NCBI RefSeq assembly: GCF_030013205.1
Contig: NZ_CP122648.1
Strand: one strand, 5' to 3'
Source: Escherichia coli
Lineage (GTDB): Bacteria; Pseudomonadota; Gammaproteobacteria; Enterobacterales; Enterobacteriaceae
Length of the DNA: 64,000 bases
This document shows positions 1 through 12,904 of this stretch, piece after piece; positions within the stretch are counted from its first letter, which is position 1, and every line of letters starts with the position of its first letter. The position numbers and the translations under genes are program-made. The notes beneath the pieces are model-generated. The model was not told the DNA's origin. It did no database searches and was given only the letters and a program-made list of their open reading frames with translations.

Positions 1-707
1 GTTGGTGCGCCGATACCCAGCGTCGGCTCAACATTTTGCACCGGAATCGGCTCGTACTTGTGTACGATGTTGCCAACGTCATCTTCTTTCCCTTCCTGGA
101 CGTTGTACTCCCAGCGGCAGGCGTTGGTGCAGGTGCCCTGGTTCGGGTCGCGCTTGTTGATATAGCCAGAGAGCAGGCAGCGACCGGAGTAGGCCATGCA
201 CAGCGCGCCGTGAACGAAGATCTCGATCTCCATATCCGGCACCTGATTACGGATCTCTTCAATCTCTTCCAGCGACAGCTCGCGAGAGAGGATCACGCGG
301 GTCAGTCCCATTTGCTGCCAGAATTTCACCGTCGCCCAGTTCACGGCGTTAGCCTGCACCGAGAGGTGGATCGGCATTTCAGGGAAGTGCTCGCGCACCA
401 GCATAATCAGCCCTGGATCGGACATAATCAGCGCATCCGGCCCCATTTCCACCAGCGGTTTCAGGTCACGGATAAAGGTTTTCAGCTTGGCGTTGTGCGG
501 TGCAATGTTGACCACGACATAAAACTTTTTCCCCAGCGCATGGGCTTCATTAATGCCGAGCTGAAGATTTTCGTGGTTGAATTCGTTGTTGCGCACACGC
601 AGGGAGTAACGTGGCTGGCCCGCATAAACAGCATCTGCGCCATAAGCGAAAGCGTAACGCATATTTTTCAGCGTTCCCGCCGGGGAAAGGAGTTCCGGTT
701 TAAACAT
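1..707 (-). CDS. yegQ: Peptidase U32-family protein YegQ (TrhP), N-terminal part only; start codon at 705-707, gene runs off the window start
   Basis: Minus-strand translation from 707 gives MFKPELLSPAGTLKNMRYAFAYGADAVYAGQPRYSL, a U32 peptidase N-terminus; position next to yegP/baeR matches the known locus. The plus-strand ORF 36..749 in the track is its antisense shadow. Confidence 0.8.
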   Translation of the reverse strand, partial: MFKPELLSPAGTLKNMRYAFAYGADAVYAGQPRYSLRVRNNEFNHENLQLGINEAHALGKKFYVVVNIAPHNAKLKTFIRDLKPLVEMGPDALIMSDPGLIMLVREHFPEMPIHLSVQANAVNWATVKFWQQMGLTRVILSRELSLEEIEEIRNQVPDMEIEIFVHGALCMAYSGRCLLSGYINKRDPNQGTCTNACRWEYNVQEGKEDDVGNIVHKYEPIPVQNVEPTLGIGAP

Positions 708-853
708 AATTCTCTCGTTCTGATGACAGGTCAGATCCGCTTCACCTGATGAAGCGGCCAGGGGAGTGCCCCCACTTTAAGGGCGGGCATTGTAGCGCTG
801 TAGGGGGGGCTGGTAAAGCGCCAGACGCCAACAACACGCGCCCGGCATCGTAA

Positions 854-1186
854 TTACGTATTGTCTTTCACCGTCTGGCTTGTGCCATTGGCTTTAACGG
901 AGGCAATTCCGGTTTCACGAGATTGCGCGGTGGCGTACATCTGGCTGGAGCCGATAATTTGATGATTGGCGGCTTTCAGATTGAAATAGAATTTGCCGTT
1001 GCTTGCCGTTTTTTTCTCATAGCGTTCTTCTTGCGGGCTGTTGCTACGCACCGACGCGATACCCTTTTCCGCAGAGGCTTTTGAGGTATATAGCTCGCTG
1101 GTGAGGATAGTCTCACCATTGCCCGCTTTTAGCACAAACCGGAACTGATTATCACTGCTCTTACTGAGTTCAAACCAACCAGCCAT
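854..1186 (-). CDS. yegP: YegP, UPF0339/DUF1508 tandem-repeat protein (110 aa)
   Basis: Track ORF 854..1225; recognisable N-terminus MAGWFELSKSSDNQFRFVLKAGNGE begins at the internal Met (codon 1184-1186), with two DUF1508-like repeats. Confidence 0.8.
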   Translation of the reverse strand: MAGWFELSKSSDNQFRFVLKAGNGETILTSELYTSKASAEKGIASVRSNSPQEERYEKKTASNGKFYFNLKAANHQIIGSSQMYATAQSRETGIASVKANGTSQTVKDNT

Positions 1187-1323
1187 AATGACTCCTTGAT
1201 TGAAATTGCGTATCGAAAACAGCATCTAAAAGGACTGTTTACCGATTAAAGTATGAGCGATTTTCAGGCGGTTGCCAGGGCGAAGAGATAATGTCAGATA
1301 GCCGACAATGCATGGGATAATGT

Positions 1324-1355
1324 TGCCGGATGCGGCGTGAATGCCTTCTCCGGCA
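1324..1355. repeat. REP-like GC-rich palindrome (gccggatgcggcgtgaatgccttctccggc) just beyond the baeR stop; probable terminator-type hairpin
   Basis: Imperfect inverted repeat gccgga...tccggc resembling REP consensus, seen directly in sequence. Confidence 0.4.
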
Positions 1356-1365
1356 GGTAAAAATG

Positions 1366-2088
1366 TTAAACGATGCGGCAGGCGTCGGCTTCCCAGCGGT
1401 AACCGACGCCGTAAACGGCACGGATAAAGGACTGTTCGGCGTCGAGAGATTCCAGCTTGCGGCGCAGGTTTTTAATGTGGCTATCGATGGTGCGGTCGGT
1501 TACTACGCGGTAGTCGTCATAAAGATGATTGAGCAATTGCTCGCGGGAGAACACTTTTCCTGGTTCATGAGAGAGCGTTTTCAGCAGACGAAATTCCGCA
1601 GGCGTCAGGTCAAGCATTTTTCCGCGCCATGAAGCCTGAAAACGACCTTCGTCGATAATCAACGGGCTTTCAGCATCCTGTTGCTGCAACTCACGCTGCG
1701 GTTTGCAACGGCGCAAAATGGTTTTGACGCGCGCTACCACTTCCCGTGGGCTGTACGGCTTGCAGATATAATCATCTGCGCCAATTTCCAGCCCCAGCAG
1801 GCGGTCGATCTCTTCGATTTTTGCTGTCACCATCACGATCGGAATGTCAGAAAAACGACGAATTTCCCGACACAGCGTCAGGCCATCGGTGCCAGGGAGC
1901 ATCAGATCCAGCAGGATCAGATCCGGTGGTGTCTGGCGCACATACGGCAGTACCTGATCGCCGTGGCTAATCAACGTTGGCGCATAGCTCGCAGCACGCA
2001 GATAATCAATGAGTAACTGCCCCAGCTTCGGTTCATCTTCCACGATCAAAATACGCGGTGTGTTTTCGTCGATTGGTAACTCGGTCAT
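1366..2088 (-). CDS. baeR: Two-component response regulator BaeR (OmpR family, 240 aa)
   Basis: Track ORF; receiver domain ([28 protein letters not shown]) plus winged-helix C-terminus; overlaps baeS stop by 4 nt. Confidence 0.95.
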
Positions 2089-3488
2089 ACTTCTCTCTGT
2101 AAATCCCGTTCCAGCGGTAACTCTACTGTAATGCTTACCCCGCCAAAAGGCGAATGGGCAGCAATAATGCGGCCATTATGTGCTTCAACAATGTTCAGGC
2201 AAATCGCCAGCCCCAGCCCGGAACCGCCGCTGGCACGGTTGCGGGAGCCTTCGGTGCGATAAAAACGTTCAAACAATTTTTGTAGTTGATCGTCACTGAC
2301 ACCCGGCGCACTGTCGGCAAAGGTCAGGCGCACCGTTTTGTCGTGCTGCCCGGCAGAGATTTTCAGGCTGCCGCCGCTGTCAGTGTAGCGCAGGCTGTTT
2401 TCAAGTAAGTTATTGAATAACTGCATTAAACGGTCGCGATCGCCAAATACAGTAATACTGTCTGGCAGGGAAAATTGCAGTTTCAGGCCACGGCTGGCGA
2501 ATCGTTCGCGAAATGCGCCGCCCGCCACTTCCAGCAGTGGGATCAAATCTACCGGTGCTTTTTGATAGGCGAGAGCGCCTTCATCAGACATCGACAACTG
2601 ATGAAGATCGTCAACCAGTTTGGTCAGTGTACCGACCTCCGCCTGTAAAGACGCCACCGTCTCCGGCGTGAATTTACGCACGCCATCCTGAATGGCTTCC
2701 AGTTCACCGCGCAGCACCGCTAATGGCGTACGCAGTTCGTGAGAAATATCGGCCATAAAATCGCGCCGCATTTGCTGGTTTTTCTCCAGCGTGCTGGCAA
2801 GCTGGTTGAAGTCTTGCGCCAGTTTGCCCAGTTCATCTTCACTGGTGGGCGTTACGCGGGTAGTGAAATCGCCCGCCGCCAGTTTGTGCGTGCCGTCCAC
2901 CAGCCGTTTTACCGGTGCCAGCAAACCACGCGCCAGCAGAAAGGTAGCGAGTGCCGCGAGTAACGTTGCCAGAGCGACAATCAGCCAGCTGGTTTGCCGC
3001 TGTTGTTTATCGAAATTGATATCAGTATTGCGGGTCAGTCGCTCAACAGGGGAGGCAATCACCGCGCCCACTTCCGCACCGTTGACCAGAATGGGGCGCC
3101 GTGTACCGTCAGGTGGAATCGGCGCTCGCGGACCAACCAGCACTTTGTTGTTTTGATCAACCACCCAGAACTGGGTACGCCAGCCGTGCGGTGGCATACC
3201 CGGGCCGGGTTTATCTTCCGAATTATCGTGTTCAAATGAACGCAGGATCTGAAAGACAAAGCGATCATTGTTGCGCAGGAAGCGCCAGTTGCCATGCTGC
3301 GCATACTGCTCGCCAAGCGCATCACTTAACAGTTGTAATCGCTGTTCATTACCATGCTTGATGTAATCAATAAAGCCACGCTCAAAACTGATACGCACCG
3401 CCCAGTGCATACTGATCAGCAAGACAATGCAGGTGGCGAAAATCGCCAGAAACAGTTTGCCGGTAATACCGGGTCGCCAGAACTTCAT
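2085..3488 (-). CDS. baeS: Sensor histidine kinase BaeS (467 aa)
   Basis: Track ORF; two TM segments, HAMP, H-box ([14 protein letters not shown]), G-box (GGSGLGLAI). Confidence 0.95.
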
Positions 3489-4900
3489 TGCGCGCTCCTT
3501 TTTCGCCGCGAAATAGCTACATTTTGATGCGTATCGTTCGGCACTCTGGCAAAGATGAACGCCGTAAGGGCAATGATAAACGCCATGCTAAGCCAGGTGT
3601 ACATAAAGACGGTTTGTGTGGTGCCGCTGTCGACGCTGACATGCTGCGAACCAAAAAGTCCCAGCAACAGCCCGGCGATGGTGACGCCGATACTCATCGA
3701 CAATTGCATAATCATCGACAGCAGGCTGTTTCCGCTGCTCGCCAGATTGTCCGGGAGATCTTTCAGCGTCAGGGTGTTCATGGAGGAGAAACGCGTCGAG
3801 TTGACCATCCCTTGTAAAAACAGGACGAACGGCAAAACGTAGTACCAGCCCAGCAGGGCGGTAGTCATAAACAACAGGGTGACCAGCGACAGACCCAGCG
3901 TGGTCGCCACCAGTACCCGACGATAACCAAAGCGATTCACCACCTGTACCACAATTCGCTTCATCCCCATGCTGCCAAGCACCATCGGGATCATCATCAG
4001 TCCGGCATGAAACGGCGAGAAGCCAAGGCCAATTTGCAGGAAAACCGGCGTCATAAAGGGCAACATGCCGCTACCGATACGTCCGGCAAAACTCCCCGCC
4101 AGGCCCAGCGAAAAGGTACGAGTACGGAACAGTTTCAGACTGAACAGGGCGCGGTTGTTATTTCTGGCGTGCAGCAAATAAAGCACCAGTGCTACCACGC
4201 CAACTGCGACCAGGCCAGCAATCGCCAGCGGCGATAAACCTGTACCTTTACTGCCGTCCAGCGCCAGGGTTAATACCGCCATACCAACCGCCAGCAATAA
4301 AAAGCCGGAGAGATCGAAGCGCCGCGTCTGCATGGTGTAGTTCGGCATTAACATCAGCGTGGCGATCGCGCCAATAATCCCCACCGGAATGTTGATTAAA
4401 AAGATCCAATGCCAGGAGGCGTACTCCACCAGCAGGCCGCCGAGCGCCGGACCGAGCAGCGGACCGACCTGACCGGGTAACGTGACAAAGGTCATCGCCG
4501 CCATATATTGCTCGCGCGGTACGATTTTCATCACCGTCAACCTGCCGACCGGCACCATCATCGCACCGCCAACGCCCTGTAACGCGCGTGCCAGCAACAG
4601 TTCGTTCAGCGTGCCGGAAAGCGCGCAAAACAGTGAACCGAGAGTAAACAGCACGATGGCGGTAAAGAAAATATTGCGCACGCCGACTTTGTCCGCCAGC
4701 CAGCCGCTGGCAGGCAACATCACCGCCACGGTCAGCACATAAGAGACAATGACCATGTGCATATGCAACGGACTTTCCCCGAGGCTTTGCGCCATTGAGG
4801 GAAGGGCGGTGTTAACGATGGTGGTGTCCAGCGACTGCATAAAGAAGCCGAAAGCCACAATCCACAATTGCCAGCGGGTGCTGTCGGGAAGATCTGTCAT
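3485..4900 (-). CDS. mdtD: MFS transporter MdtD (471 aa)
   Basis: Track ORF; 14-TM-like hydrophobic profile; position between mdtC and baeS; 4-nt overlap with baeS. Confidence 0.9.
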   Translation of the reverse strand: MTDLPDSTRWQLWIVAFGFFMQSLDTTIVNTALPSMAQSLGESPLHMHMVIVSYVLTVAVMLPASGWLADKVGVRNIFFTAIVLFTLGSLFCALSGTLNELLLARALQGVGGAMMVPVGRLTVMKIVPREQYMAAMTFVTLPGQVGPLLGPALGGLLVEYASWHWIFLINIPVGIIGAIATLMLMPNYTMQTRRFDLSGFLLLAVGMAVLTLALDGSKGTGLSPLAIAGLVAVGVVALVLYLLHARNNNRALFSLKLFRTRTFSLGLAGSFAGRIGSGMLPFMTPVFLQIGLGFSPFHAGLMMIPMVLGSMGMKRIVVQVVNRFGYRRVLVATTLGLSLVTLLFMTTALLGWYYVLPFVLFLQGMVNSTRFSSMNTLTLKDLPDNLASSGNSLLSMIMQLSMSIGVTIAGLLLGLFGSQHVSVDSGTTQTVFMYTWLSMAFIIALTAFIFARVPNDTHQNVAISRRKRSAQ

Positions 4901-7900
4901 TTACTCGGTTACCGTTTGTTTAGGTTTACGCGAAAAACGCAGCCGCAGACGGTCGAAAAAGAGATACACCACCGGCGTGGTATACAGCGTCAGAAGCTGG
5001 CTCATTACCAGACCGCCGACAATGGTGATCCCCAGGGGTTGGCGCAGCTCCGAGCCGTCACCGCCCGACAACACCAGCGGCAGCGCACCAAACAGCGCCG
5101 CCAGGGTAGTCATCATAATCGGGCGAAAACGCAGCAGACAGGCCTGGAAAATAGCTTCCTGCGGCGTCAGGTTACCGTGCCGTTGGGCTTCAAGCGCAAA
5201 ATCGACCATCATAATGGCGTTTTTCTTCACGATGCCGATTAATAGCATGATCCCTATCAGGGCGATTAGGCTGAACGGGGCATTGAACAGCTCCAGCGCC
5301 AGCAGCGCTCCAACGCCCGCCGAGGGCAGGGTGGAGAGAATCGTCAGCGGATGTACGTAACTCTCGTAAAGGATACCCAGCACGATATACACCGTGGCGA
5401 TGGCGGCGATAATCAGAATCACCTGCGAGTTCATCGTCTCCTGGAACACCTGCGCCGTGCCGGCAAAACTACCGCGTACCGTCGAAGGCACACCAAGCTG
5501 GGTCATTGCGCGATCGATCGCCGCACTGGCGTCCGAGAGCGATTTCCCGGTCGGCAGGTTAAACGAAATGGTCGAGGCTGCCGATAATCCCTGATGATTC
5601 ACCGACAGCGGAGCATTCGCCGGTTGCCATTTAGCGAAATACGACAGCGGGATCGCTTTTCCTTCGTTATTGATAACGAACATTTTTTCCAGCGCACTGA
5701 TGTCCTGGGTATAGCGCGGATCCACTTCCATCACCACTTTATACTGGTTCATCGGCTGGTAAATGGTCGAGATCTGCCGCTGACCGAAGGCGTTATTTAA
5801 CAGGCTGTTGGCGGCCTGTACATCGATTCCCAGCCGTGCCATGGTGTCGCGGTCGTAAACCAGATTCATCTCCGCGCCGTTATCCTGCTGATCGGAGTTC
5901 ACGTCCGCCAGTTCCGGCAACGTCGCCAGTTTTTTGCGGATTTTCGGCTCCCATTCGCGCAGTGCCGCCAGGTCGTCGGATAACAACGTGTACTGGTAGC
6001 TGGCGTTCGACTGACGCCCACCAACGCGAATATCCTGTACCGCCATCAGGAACAGATTCGCCCCCGGTTCTTTCGCCAGTTTTACGCGCAGACGGTCGAT
6101 AATTTGCTGCGCCGTTTCGCTGCGTTCGTCGCGTGGCTTGAGGGTGATAAACATCATCCCACTGTTCACCCGCGAACCGCCGGTAAAGCCGGTGACATTA
6201 TCCACCGCCGGATCGTCACGGATAATTTTCATAAAATCCTGCAACTTACCGCGCATCGCCTGAAACGAAATACTCTGATCCGCCTGTATCCCGCCCATCA
6301 ACACGCCGGTGTCCTGCTCCGGGAAGAAGGTTTTCGGGATCGAGATATACAGCCAGATATTCAGCGCAATGGTGCCAAGCAGCACCACGCCCACCAGACG
6401 GGTATGATTGAGCACCCATTTCAGCGACTTGCCATAGCCTTGTTGCAGGGCTACCAACATTCGACCAAAACCACGCAGTCGCTTTTGCTCGCGCGGCTTG
6501 CTGGCTTTCAGCATCCAGCCACACATCATTGGCGTTAGCGTCAGGGAAACCAGCAACGAAATACCAATGGCGACAGAAAGCGTCACGGCAAACTCGCGTA
6601 ACAGTCGGCCCGGCAATCCGCCCATCAACAGCAGCGGCAGGAACACCGCCACCAGTGACAGACTCATCGACAGCACCGTAAAACCGACTTCGCGAGTACC
6701 TTGCAGTGCGGCCTGTAGTGGTTTCATCCCCGCTTCCAGGTGACGGGCAATGTTTTCCAGCACCACGATGGCGTCATCCACCACGAAACCAGTAGCGATG
6801 GTGAGTGCCATTAACGACAGGTTATTGAGACTGAATCCGCACAGGTACATCGCCGCAAACGTACCAATCAGCGAAACCGGCACCGCAACGGCGGGAATAA
6901 TAGTGGCGCGACCCGAGCGCAGGAATAAAAACACCACCAGAATCACCAGCGCCACCGAGATAATCAGCGTTTGCTCGACTTCTTCCAGCGAGGCGCGAAT
7001 GGTGGGGGAGCGATCCTGGGCAATTTGCAGATCAATCGCCGCCGGAATGGTCTCCTGCAACTCCGGTAATTTTGCCCGGATGCTGTCAACCGTCTGGATA
7101 ATATTGGCTTCCGGCAGCTTGCGGATCATCAGCAAAATAGCCGGTTTGGCATTGGTCATCCCGGCGTTGCGCACATCCTGCACTGAGTCGGTCACCGTCG
7201 CTACATCGCCCAGACGAACCGCGCCGCCGTTGTTGTAATGAATAATCAGCGGCTGATATTCAGCGGCGGTTTTCAGTTCATCGTTAGTCTGGATCTGCCA
7301 GCGGTGAGTGCCATCTTCCAGCGCCCCTTGCGGTTTACGCACGTTGGCATTGCTGATGGCAGTGCGTACGTCGTCCAGTGACACGCCCTGATTAAACAGC
7401 GCCTGCGGGTTCAGCCCGACGCGCACCGCAGGTAGCGAGCTGCCGCCAACATCGACATCACCGACACCGTCGATTTGCGAAATCGTCGGAGCCAGCTGCG
7501 TCGAGGCAAAATCGTACAGTTCACCTTGCGAATAAGTATCGGATGTTAGCGTCAGGATCATAATTGGCGCATCCGACGGGTTTGCTTTGCGATAGGTCGG
7601 ACGGCTGGGCATCCCGCTGGGCAGCAAACTTTGTGCGGCGTTGATGGCCGCCTGCACATCACGCGCCGCGCCGTTGATATCCCGGTTAAAATCAAACTGC
7701 AAAATAATGCGCGTGCTGCCGAGCGAACTGCTGGAGGTCATTTCACTGACTCCGGCAATGCGCCCAAGTGAGCGCTCCAGCGGCGTGGCAACGGAAGACG
7801 CCATTGTTTCTGGTGACGCACCGGGCAGCGAGGCACTGACCATAATCACCGGAAAATCGACCTGCGGCAGCGGGGCGACCGGCAGCATACGGAAACCCAG

Positions 7901-7978
7901 TATGCCGCACAGGGTAATGGCGACCGACAGTAAAATCGTCGCCACCGGGCGGTAAATGAAGAGGGCAAAAAACTTCAC
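4901..7978 (-). CDS. mdtC: RND multidrug efflux permease MdtC (1025 aa)
   Basis: Track ORF; AcrB/RND family architecture; directly abuts mdtB. Confidence 0.95.
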   Translation of the reverse strand: MKFFALFIYRPVATILLSVAITLCGILGFRMLPVAPLPQVDFPVIMVSASLPGASPETMASSVATPLERSLGRIAGVSEMTSSSSLGSTRIILQFDFNRDINGAARDVQAAINAAQSLLPSGMPSRPTYRKANPSDAPIMILTLTSDTYSQGELYDFASTQLAPTISQIDGVGDVDVGGSSLPAVRVGLNPQALFNQGVSLDDVRTAISNANVRKPQGALEDGTHRWQIQTNDELKTAAEYQPLIIHYNNGGAVRLGDVATVTDSVQDVRNAGMTNAKPAILLMIRKLPEANIIQTVDSIRAKLPELQETIPAAIDLQIAQDRSPTIRASLEEVEQTLIISVALVILVVFLFLRSGRATIIPAVAVPVSLIGTFAAMYLCGFSLNNLSLMALTIATGFVVDDAIVVLENIARHLEAGMKPLQAALQGTREVGFTVLSMSLSLVAVFLPLLLMGGLPGRLLREFAVTLSVAIGISLLVSLTLTPMMCGWMLKASKPREQKRLRGFGRMLVALQQGYGKSLKWVLNHTRLVGVVLLGTIALNIWLYISIPKTFFPEQDTGVLMGGIQADQSISFQAMRGKLQDFMKIIRDDPAVDNVTGFTGGSRVNSGMMFITLKPRDERSETAQQIIDRLRVKLAKEPGANLFLMAVQDIRVGGRQSNASYQYTLLSDDLAALREWEPKIRKKLATLPELADVNSDQQDNGAEMNLVYDRDTMARLGIDVQAANSLLNNAFGQRQISTIYQPMNQYKVVMEVDPRYTQDISALEKMFVINNEGKAIPLSYFAKWQPANAPLSVNHQGLSAASTISFNLPTGKSLSDASAAIDRAMTQLGVPSTVRGSFAGTAQVFQETMNSQVILIIAAIATVYIVLGILYESYVHPLTILSTLPSAGVGALLALELFNAPFSLIALIGIMLLIGIVKKNAIMMVDFALEAQRHGNLTPQEAIFQACLLRFRPIMMTTLAALFGALPLVLSGGDGSELRQPLGITIVGGLVMSQLLTLYTTPVVYLFFDRLRLRFSRKPKQTVTE

Positions 7979-10900
7979 TTACGCCTCCTCTTCATGGCGA
8001 GCAAAGCGACTTTTGGTCCACAATGCCAGGCGGTCGAATAGCAGATAAATCACCGGCGTGGTGAACAGCGTCAGCACCTGGCTGACAATCAGACCGCCGA
8101 CCATGCCGATACCTAACGGACGACGCAGTTCCGCGCCGACCCCGGTACTCAACATCAGCGGCAGCGCGCCAAGCAGAGCCGCCAGGGTGGTCATCAGGAT
8201 CGGACGAAAACGCAACAGACAAGCCTGGTAGATTGCATCGCGTGGCGACATGCCTTGCTCGCGCTCAGCAGCCAGCGCGAAGTCGATCATCATGATGGCG
8301 TTCTTCTTCACGATACCGATCAGCAAAATAATGCCGATAATTGCAATCACATCCAGTTCGCTACCGGCAATCATTAACGCCAGCAGTGCGCCAACACCTG
8401 CCGTGGGTAGCGTCGAGAGAATGGTGATCGGGTGAATAAAGCTCTCGTACAGAATGCCGAGCACGATATACATCGCCACCACCGCCGCGACAATCAGCCA
8501 GACAGTGCTGCCCAGCGCCGACTGGAAAGCGAGGGTGCTGCCCTGGAACTGCGTGGTGATATCCACCGGCAGATTCAGCGTCTTTTCGGTGTCCATAATC
8601 GCCTGCACCGCATCGCCCAGCGAATAGTTATCCGGCACGTTAAAGGAGATGGTCGTTACCGGGAACTGATCCAGATGGTTGATGGAAAGCGGCGCAAAAC
8701 GCTGCTCAATTTTGGCAATTGAGCTTAACGGCACCACTCCACCGTCGCTGCTGGTCAGGCGAATGGTATCCAGCGCCGCGAGGCCTGGGGTATTTTCGGT
8801 GTTGTGTTCCAGCACCACGCGATACTGGTTAGCCTGAGTATAAATAGTGGAAATCAGCCGCTGACCAAACGCGTTGTACAGGGCGTTATCGACATCCGCC
8901 ATGCTGATCCCCAGACGGCTGGCGCTGTCGCGATCAACATTGACATACGCCACCAGCCCTTTGTCCTGCCAGTCGCTGGAGACATCAGAAAGCTGTGGCA
9001 GTTGCTGGAGTTTTTCCATCAACTGTGGCACCCAGGTACTGAGCGCATCCAGTGACGTGGCCTGCAAGGTAAACTGGTACTGGGTGCGGCTGACCTGAGT
9101 ATCGATGGTCAGGTCCTGCGTTGGTTGCAAGAAGAGATCGACGCCCGGCACTTTATCCACCGCCGTTTGCAGACGGGCGATGACTTTTTGCACCCGATCA
9201 TCACGTTCATCCAACGGTTTGAGGTTGATCTGCAAACGCGCACTGTTCAGCGACGGGTTAGTGCCATCAACGCCAACAAACGAGGTCAGGCTTTGCACTG
9301 CCGGATCCTGCAAAATCACATCCGCGACCTGGCGTTGCCGCTGGGCCATATTGGCAAAGGAGCTGGATTGCGGTGCCTGCAAAGTGCCCTGAATAATGCC
9401 GTTGTCCTGTACCGGGAAGAAACCTTTCGGAATGAATACCCACAAGAGAACACTAAGCAGCAGCGTGCTGAGTGCCACGCTTAAGGTCAGCCACGGATGA
9501 TTCAGCACTTTCGCCAGTCCACGACCATAGGCGGCGATTATCCTGTCGAACATTTTCTCCGAGGCTCGGGAGAAGCGATTCTGTTTACGCAGCGACTCCT
9601 GGCTGAGCATCCGCGCGCACATCATCGGCGTCAGAGTCAGCGACACCACGGCTGAGATCAAAATCGCGACTGCCAGAGTAATAGCAAATTCGCGGAACAG
9701 TCGCCCGACGATATCGCCCATAAATAGCAGTGGGATCAACACTGCAATCAGTGAGAAGGTCAGCGAGATAATGGTAAAGCCGATTTCACCCGCGCCTTTG
9801 AGCGCCGCCGCCAACGGTTTTTCGCCTTTTTCGATATAGCGGGAAATGTTTTCGATCACCACGATGGCGTCATCGACCACAAATCCGGTGGCGATAGTTA
9901 ACGCCATCAGCGTCAGGTTATTGATTGAAAAATCGAGAAACACCATGACCGCGAAGGTGCCGATTAACGACAGCGGCACTGCGACGCCGGGAATGATGGT
10001 CGCCGGAATATTACGCAAAAACAGGTAGATAATCATGACTACCAGCGCGATAGCCATCATCAATTCAAACTGAGTATCATCGACGGATGCGCGAATATTG
10101 GTGGTACGGTCAGAAAGTACCGTCACTTTTACCGATTTCGGCAAACTCTCGGTGAGTTGTGGCAGCATCTGCCGGATGCTGTCGGCGGTGGAGATAATGT
10201 TAGCACCGGGCTGGCGCTGAACATTCATCACAATGGCCTGTTCTTTGTTCGCCCACGCGCCGAGCCAGCTGTTTTCTGCTCCTTGCTCTACGGTTGCGAC
10301 ATCGCCCAGACGAATCGGCGCGCCGTTCTGGTAGGCGATGATCAGCTGGCGATACTCTTCGGCGGATTGCATCTGGTCGTTCGCGGAAAGTGTGACCGCA
10401 CGGGAAGGGCCGTCGAGGCTACCTTTTGCCGAGTTAACGTTAGCGCCGGTAATAGCGGTGCGCACGGTTTCGCTGGTCAGGCCGAGGGCGGCAATCGCCT
10501 GGGCGTTAAGTTTGACACGAACAGCCGGACGCTGGCCGCCGGAAAGCGTCACCAGGCCGACACCGGAAATCTGCGAGATTTTCTGCGCGACGCGGGTTTC
10601 CACCATATCTTCCACTTGCGTCATTGGCATGGCGGTTGAGGTGACGGCGAGCGTCATGATTGGTGGATCTGCCGGGTTCACTTTGCTGTAAACCGGCGGG
10701 TTAGGCAGATCGCTCGGCAACAAGTTGGTCGCAGCGTTAATCGCGGCCTGCACTTCCTGCTCGGCGACATCGAGCGGTAATGTTAGCTGGAACTGTAAGG
10801 TGATAACTGACGCACCGCCGGAACTTTGCGACGACATCTGTTTCAGGCCAGACATCTGCCCAAACTGGCGTTCAAGCGGCGCGGTAACGGCAGAGGTCAT

Positions 10901-11101
10901 GACATCCGGGCTCGCACCTGGGTAGAGCGTGACTACCTGAATGGTTGGATAGTCCACTTCCGGCAGCGCCGAAACGGGCAGGGCGCGATAACCGATAATC
11001 CCGGCGAGTAAGATCGCCACCATCAGCAGCGTGGTGGCGACAGGACGCATAATAAACAGGCGCGACGGGCCGCCTGTGCTGCTCGAGGGTAACACCTGCA
11101 T
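7979..11101 (-). CDS. mdtB: RND multidrug efflux permease MdtB (1040 aa)
   Basis: Track ORF; RND family, paralogous to MdtC; 1-nt overlap with mdtA stop. Confidence 0.95.
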   Translation of the reverse strand: MQVLPSSSTGGPSRLFIMRPVATTLLMVAILLAGIIGYRALPVSALPEVDYPTIQVVTLYPGASPDVMTSAVTAPLERQFGQMSGLKQMSSQSSGGASVITLQFQLTLPLDVAEQEVQAAINAATNLLPSDLPNPPVYSKVNPADPPIMTLAVTSTAMPMTQVEDMVETRVAQKISQISGVGLVTLSGGQRPAVRVKLNAQAIAALGLTSETVRTAITGANVNSAKGSLDGPSRAVTLSANDQMQSAEEYRQLIIAYQNGAPIRLGDVATVEQGAENSWLGAWANKEQAIVMNVQRQPGANIISTADSIRQMLPQLTESLPKSVKVTVLSDRTTNIRASVDDTQFELMMAIALVVMIIYLFLRNIPATIIPGVAVPLSLIGTFAVMVFLDFSINNLTLMALTIATGFVVDDAIVVIENISRYIEKGEKPLAAALKGAGEIGFTIISLTFSLIAVLIPLLFMGDIVGRLFREFAITLAVAILISAVVSLTLTPMMCARMLSQESLRKQNRFSRASEKMFDRIIAAYGRGLAKVLNHPWLTLSVALSTLLLSVLLWVFIPKGFFPVQDNGIIQGTLQAPQSSSFANMAQRQRQVADVILQDPAVQSLTSFVGVDGTNPSLNSARLQINLKPLDERDDRVQKVIARLQTAVDKVPGVDLFLQPTQDLTIDTQVSRTQYQFTLQATSLDALSTWVPQLMEKLQQLPQLSDVSSDWQDKGLVAYVNVDRDSASRLGISMADVDNALYNAFGQRLISTIYTQANQYRVVLEHNTENTPGLAALDTIRLTSSDGGVVPLSSIAKIEQRFAPLSINHLDQFPVTTISFNVPDNYSLGDAVQAIMDTEKTLNLPVDITTQFQGSTLAFQSALGSTVWLIVAAVVAMYIVLGILYESFIHPITILSTLPTAGVGALLALMIAGSELDVIAIIGIILLIGIVKKNAIMMIDFALAAEREQGMSPRDAIYQACLLRFRPILMTTLAALLGALPLMLSTGVGAELRRPLGIGMVGGLIVSQVLTLFTTPVIYLLFDRLALWTKSRFARHEEEA

Positions 11102-12348
11102 CAGGAGCGTGCTCCTTTTTTCGCGTATTCGCGGCTGGTGGCTTTCTCTTCCGAAGTGGTGGCGCTTTGAGCTTCAACCACTTCCACTTTCGCCCCTTCG
11201 GTCAGGCGATCAATTCCGTCCGTCACTACGCGGTCGCCCGCAGAAATACCTGCGCGGATCACCACTTTCTGACTGTCCTGAATGCCTGGCGTCACCAGAT
11301 GTTTGCTGACCTTGTTTTCGCTATTCAGCACCCAGACAAAATGGCCTTCATTGCCCATTTGCAGGGCGGCTGTTGGGATCACTACGGCGTTTTGTTCGGT
11401 GTCGACTAACATGCGCGCGTTAACAAACTGATTGGGAAACAGCGCATCATCCTGATTATTAAAGCGTGCTTTCACTTTAATCGTACCGGTTGTGGCATCG
11501 ATTTGGTTATCGAGGCTTAACAGCGTGCCTTCACTTAATTTCTTCGAGTTGGTGCGATCCCAGGCTTCTACCACCAGCGGTTTTCCGGCTTTTTGCGCCT
11601 GCACTACGGTAGCGATATCGCTTTCCGGCAGGGTAAAGAGCAAATCGATAGGATGCGTCTGGGTGATCACCACGATCCCGGTGGTATCACCACTGGAGAT
11701 TTGGTTACCAACATCAACCTGCTTGAGACCAACGCGACCATCGACTGGTGCGGTAATACGGCTCCAGTCGAGTTGCAGCTGTGCGCTGGCGACGCTTGCT
11801 TCATCTGCCTTAATGGTGCCTTCGGTTTCACTGACCAGCGCTTGTTGGGCATCCAGTTCCTGACGAGATACGAGATTGGTTTTTGCCAGTTGCTGATAAC
11901 GCGCCAGGTCACGGCGGGCGTTGGCAAGCGTGGCTTTATCTTTTGCCAGTTGGCCCTGGGCTTGTGCTAATGCAACTTTGAACTGGCTGGGGTCAATTTC
12001 TGCCAGTAAATCGCCTGCTTTGACCTGCTGGCCTTCCTGGAAATGTAACGCCATCAGTTGACCGTCCACGCGGCTGCGCACCGTAACGGTATTAGCGGCG
12101 GTAATGGTGCCAAGCCCGGTGAGATAACGTGGCACAGCTTGTTCTACGGCAGTCGCCGCCTGAACCGGGGCTAATGGGCCGGAACGCATACCACGGCGAC
12201 CACCCGCTGGCGATTGCTGCGCTTGTTTCGTCGCCCCTGGGGCTGCACTCCGGGAGTCATTGCGGCCTTGCCAGAACCAGAATGCGGCGATGGCGGCGAT
12301 AACCACCACGATTACGATTACCCAACGGGATTTATAACTGCCTTTCAT
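11101..12348 (-). CDS. mdtA: Membrane fusion (periplasmic adaptor) protein MdtA (415 aa)
   Basis: Track ORF 11101..12495 is an upstream extension; recognisable N-terminus [20 protein letters not shown] starts at the Met encoded at 12346-12348. Confidence 0.9.
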   Translation of the reverse strand: MKGSYKSRWVIVIVVVIAAIAAFWFWQGRNDSRSAAPGATKQAQQSPAGGRRGMRSGPLAPVQAATAVEQAVPRYLTGLGTITAANTVTVRSRVDGQLMALHFQEGQQVKAGDLLAEIDPSQFKVALAQAQGQLAKDKATLANARRDLARYQQLAKTNLVSRQELDAQQALVSETEGTIKADEASVASAQLQLDWSRITAPVDGRVGLKQVDVGNQISSGDTTGIVVITQTHPIDLLFTLPESDIATVVQAQKAGKPLVVEAWDRTNSKKLSEGTLLSLDNQIDATTGTIKVKARFNNQDDALFPNQFVNARMLVDTEQNAVVIPTAALQMGNEGHFVWVLNSENKVSKHLVTPGIQDSQKVVIRAGISAGDRVVTDGIDRLTEGAKVEVVEAQSATTSEEKATSREYAKKGARS

Positions 12349-12401
12349 CGTTAAGAGTTTCTCTTCCTGAAACGTTTCGCGGAATGATACTAGTGTAGCC
12401 A

Positions 12402-12419
12402 GCCAATAAGGGAGAAAAA
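12402..12419 (-). promoter_or_regulatory. BaeR box upstream of mdtA (TTTTTCTCCCTTATTGGC on the minus strand)
   Basis: 17/18 match to the published BaeR consensus TTTTTCTCCATDATTGGC, lying 54-71 bp upstream of the mdtA start codon. Confidence 0.55.
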
Positions 12420-12576
12420 TGGAGGAATTATGAAACACTATCGGGAATCGTCTGAATGGCGGGCACATTTGCGAGCACGCATCCAGTAATAACACATGAA
12501 ACTATTTTATCTACGCGTTAGCGATAGACTACGTGCATGGCGAAAGGAGGTAAGCCGATGATTTCAGCGGGACGCT

Positions 12577-12719
12577 GAAACGGGAAAGCCCCTCCCGAGG
12601 AAGGGGCCATAAATAAGGAAAGGGTCATGATGAAGCTACTCATCATCGTGGTGCTCTTAGTCATTAGCTGGCCAGCTTACTAAGACTACCAGGGCGGGGG
12701 AAACCCCGCTCTACCCTCA
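12577..12719 (-). ncRNA. sib: Sib antisense sRNA (antitoxin), copy 1; ends approximate
   Basis: Minus-strand promoter TTGACA (12749-12754) - 17 bp - TACTTT (12726-12731); transcript would cover the whole ibs ORF and end at the GC hairpin (12588-12609) followed by TTTCCCGTTTC. Confidence 0.5.
12627..12683 (+). CDS. ibs: Ibs-family type I toxin, 18 aa (MMKLLIIVVLLVISWPAY)
   Basis: Tiny hydrophobic ORF with the MMK...S[FWY]xAY Ibs signature, preceded by aaggaaagggtc; below the ORF-track size cutoff, read by eye. Confidence 0.75.
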   Translation: MMKLLIIVVLLVISWPAY

Positions 12720-12904
12720 CTCCTGAAAGTATGCCTTCACGATAAGATTGTCAATCTGCAGGCTTTGCAGTCTGCGATCCTGCCAGCAAATATTCTTTGC
12801 GAGACGTTACGCAATAATCACACTGGAAACTATTTTATCCGCAAGTCAGCGATAGACTGCATTCAGGGCGAAAGGAGGTAAGCCGACGATTTCAGCGGGA
12901 CGCT

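Noticed and set aside
36..749. 237-aa plus-strand ORF at the window start
   Set aside because: It is antisense to a well-supported U32 peptidase (yegQ) reading frame on the minus strand; no recognisable motifs; typical GC-rich shadow ORF.
1239..1632. Small ORFs 1239..1421 (minus) and 1330..1632 (plus) in the yegP-baeR region
   Set aside because: They overlap the baeR 3' end or the REP-like hairpin, lack an RBS and any family resemblance; judged non-coding.
11101..12495. Long N-terminal extensions in ORF-track models (mdtA 464 aa, udk 234 aa, wzc 732 aa, wcaD 429 aa, cpsG 472 aa, yegD 471 aa, yegH 549 aa, galF 301 aa, yegP 123 aa)
   Set aside because: The extensions are simply the longest ORF; recognisable conserved N-termini, RBS positions and overlaps with upstream genes support the shorter internal starts given in the feature list.
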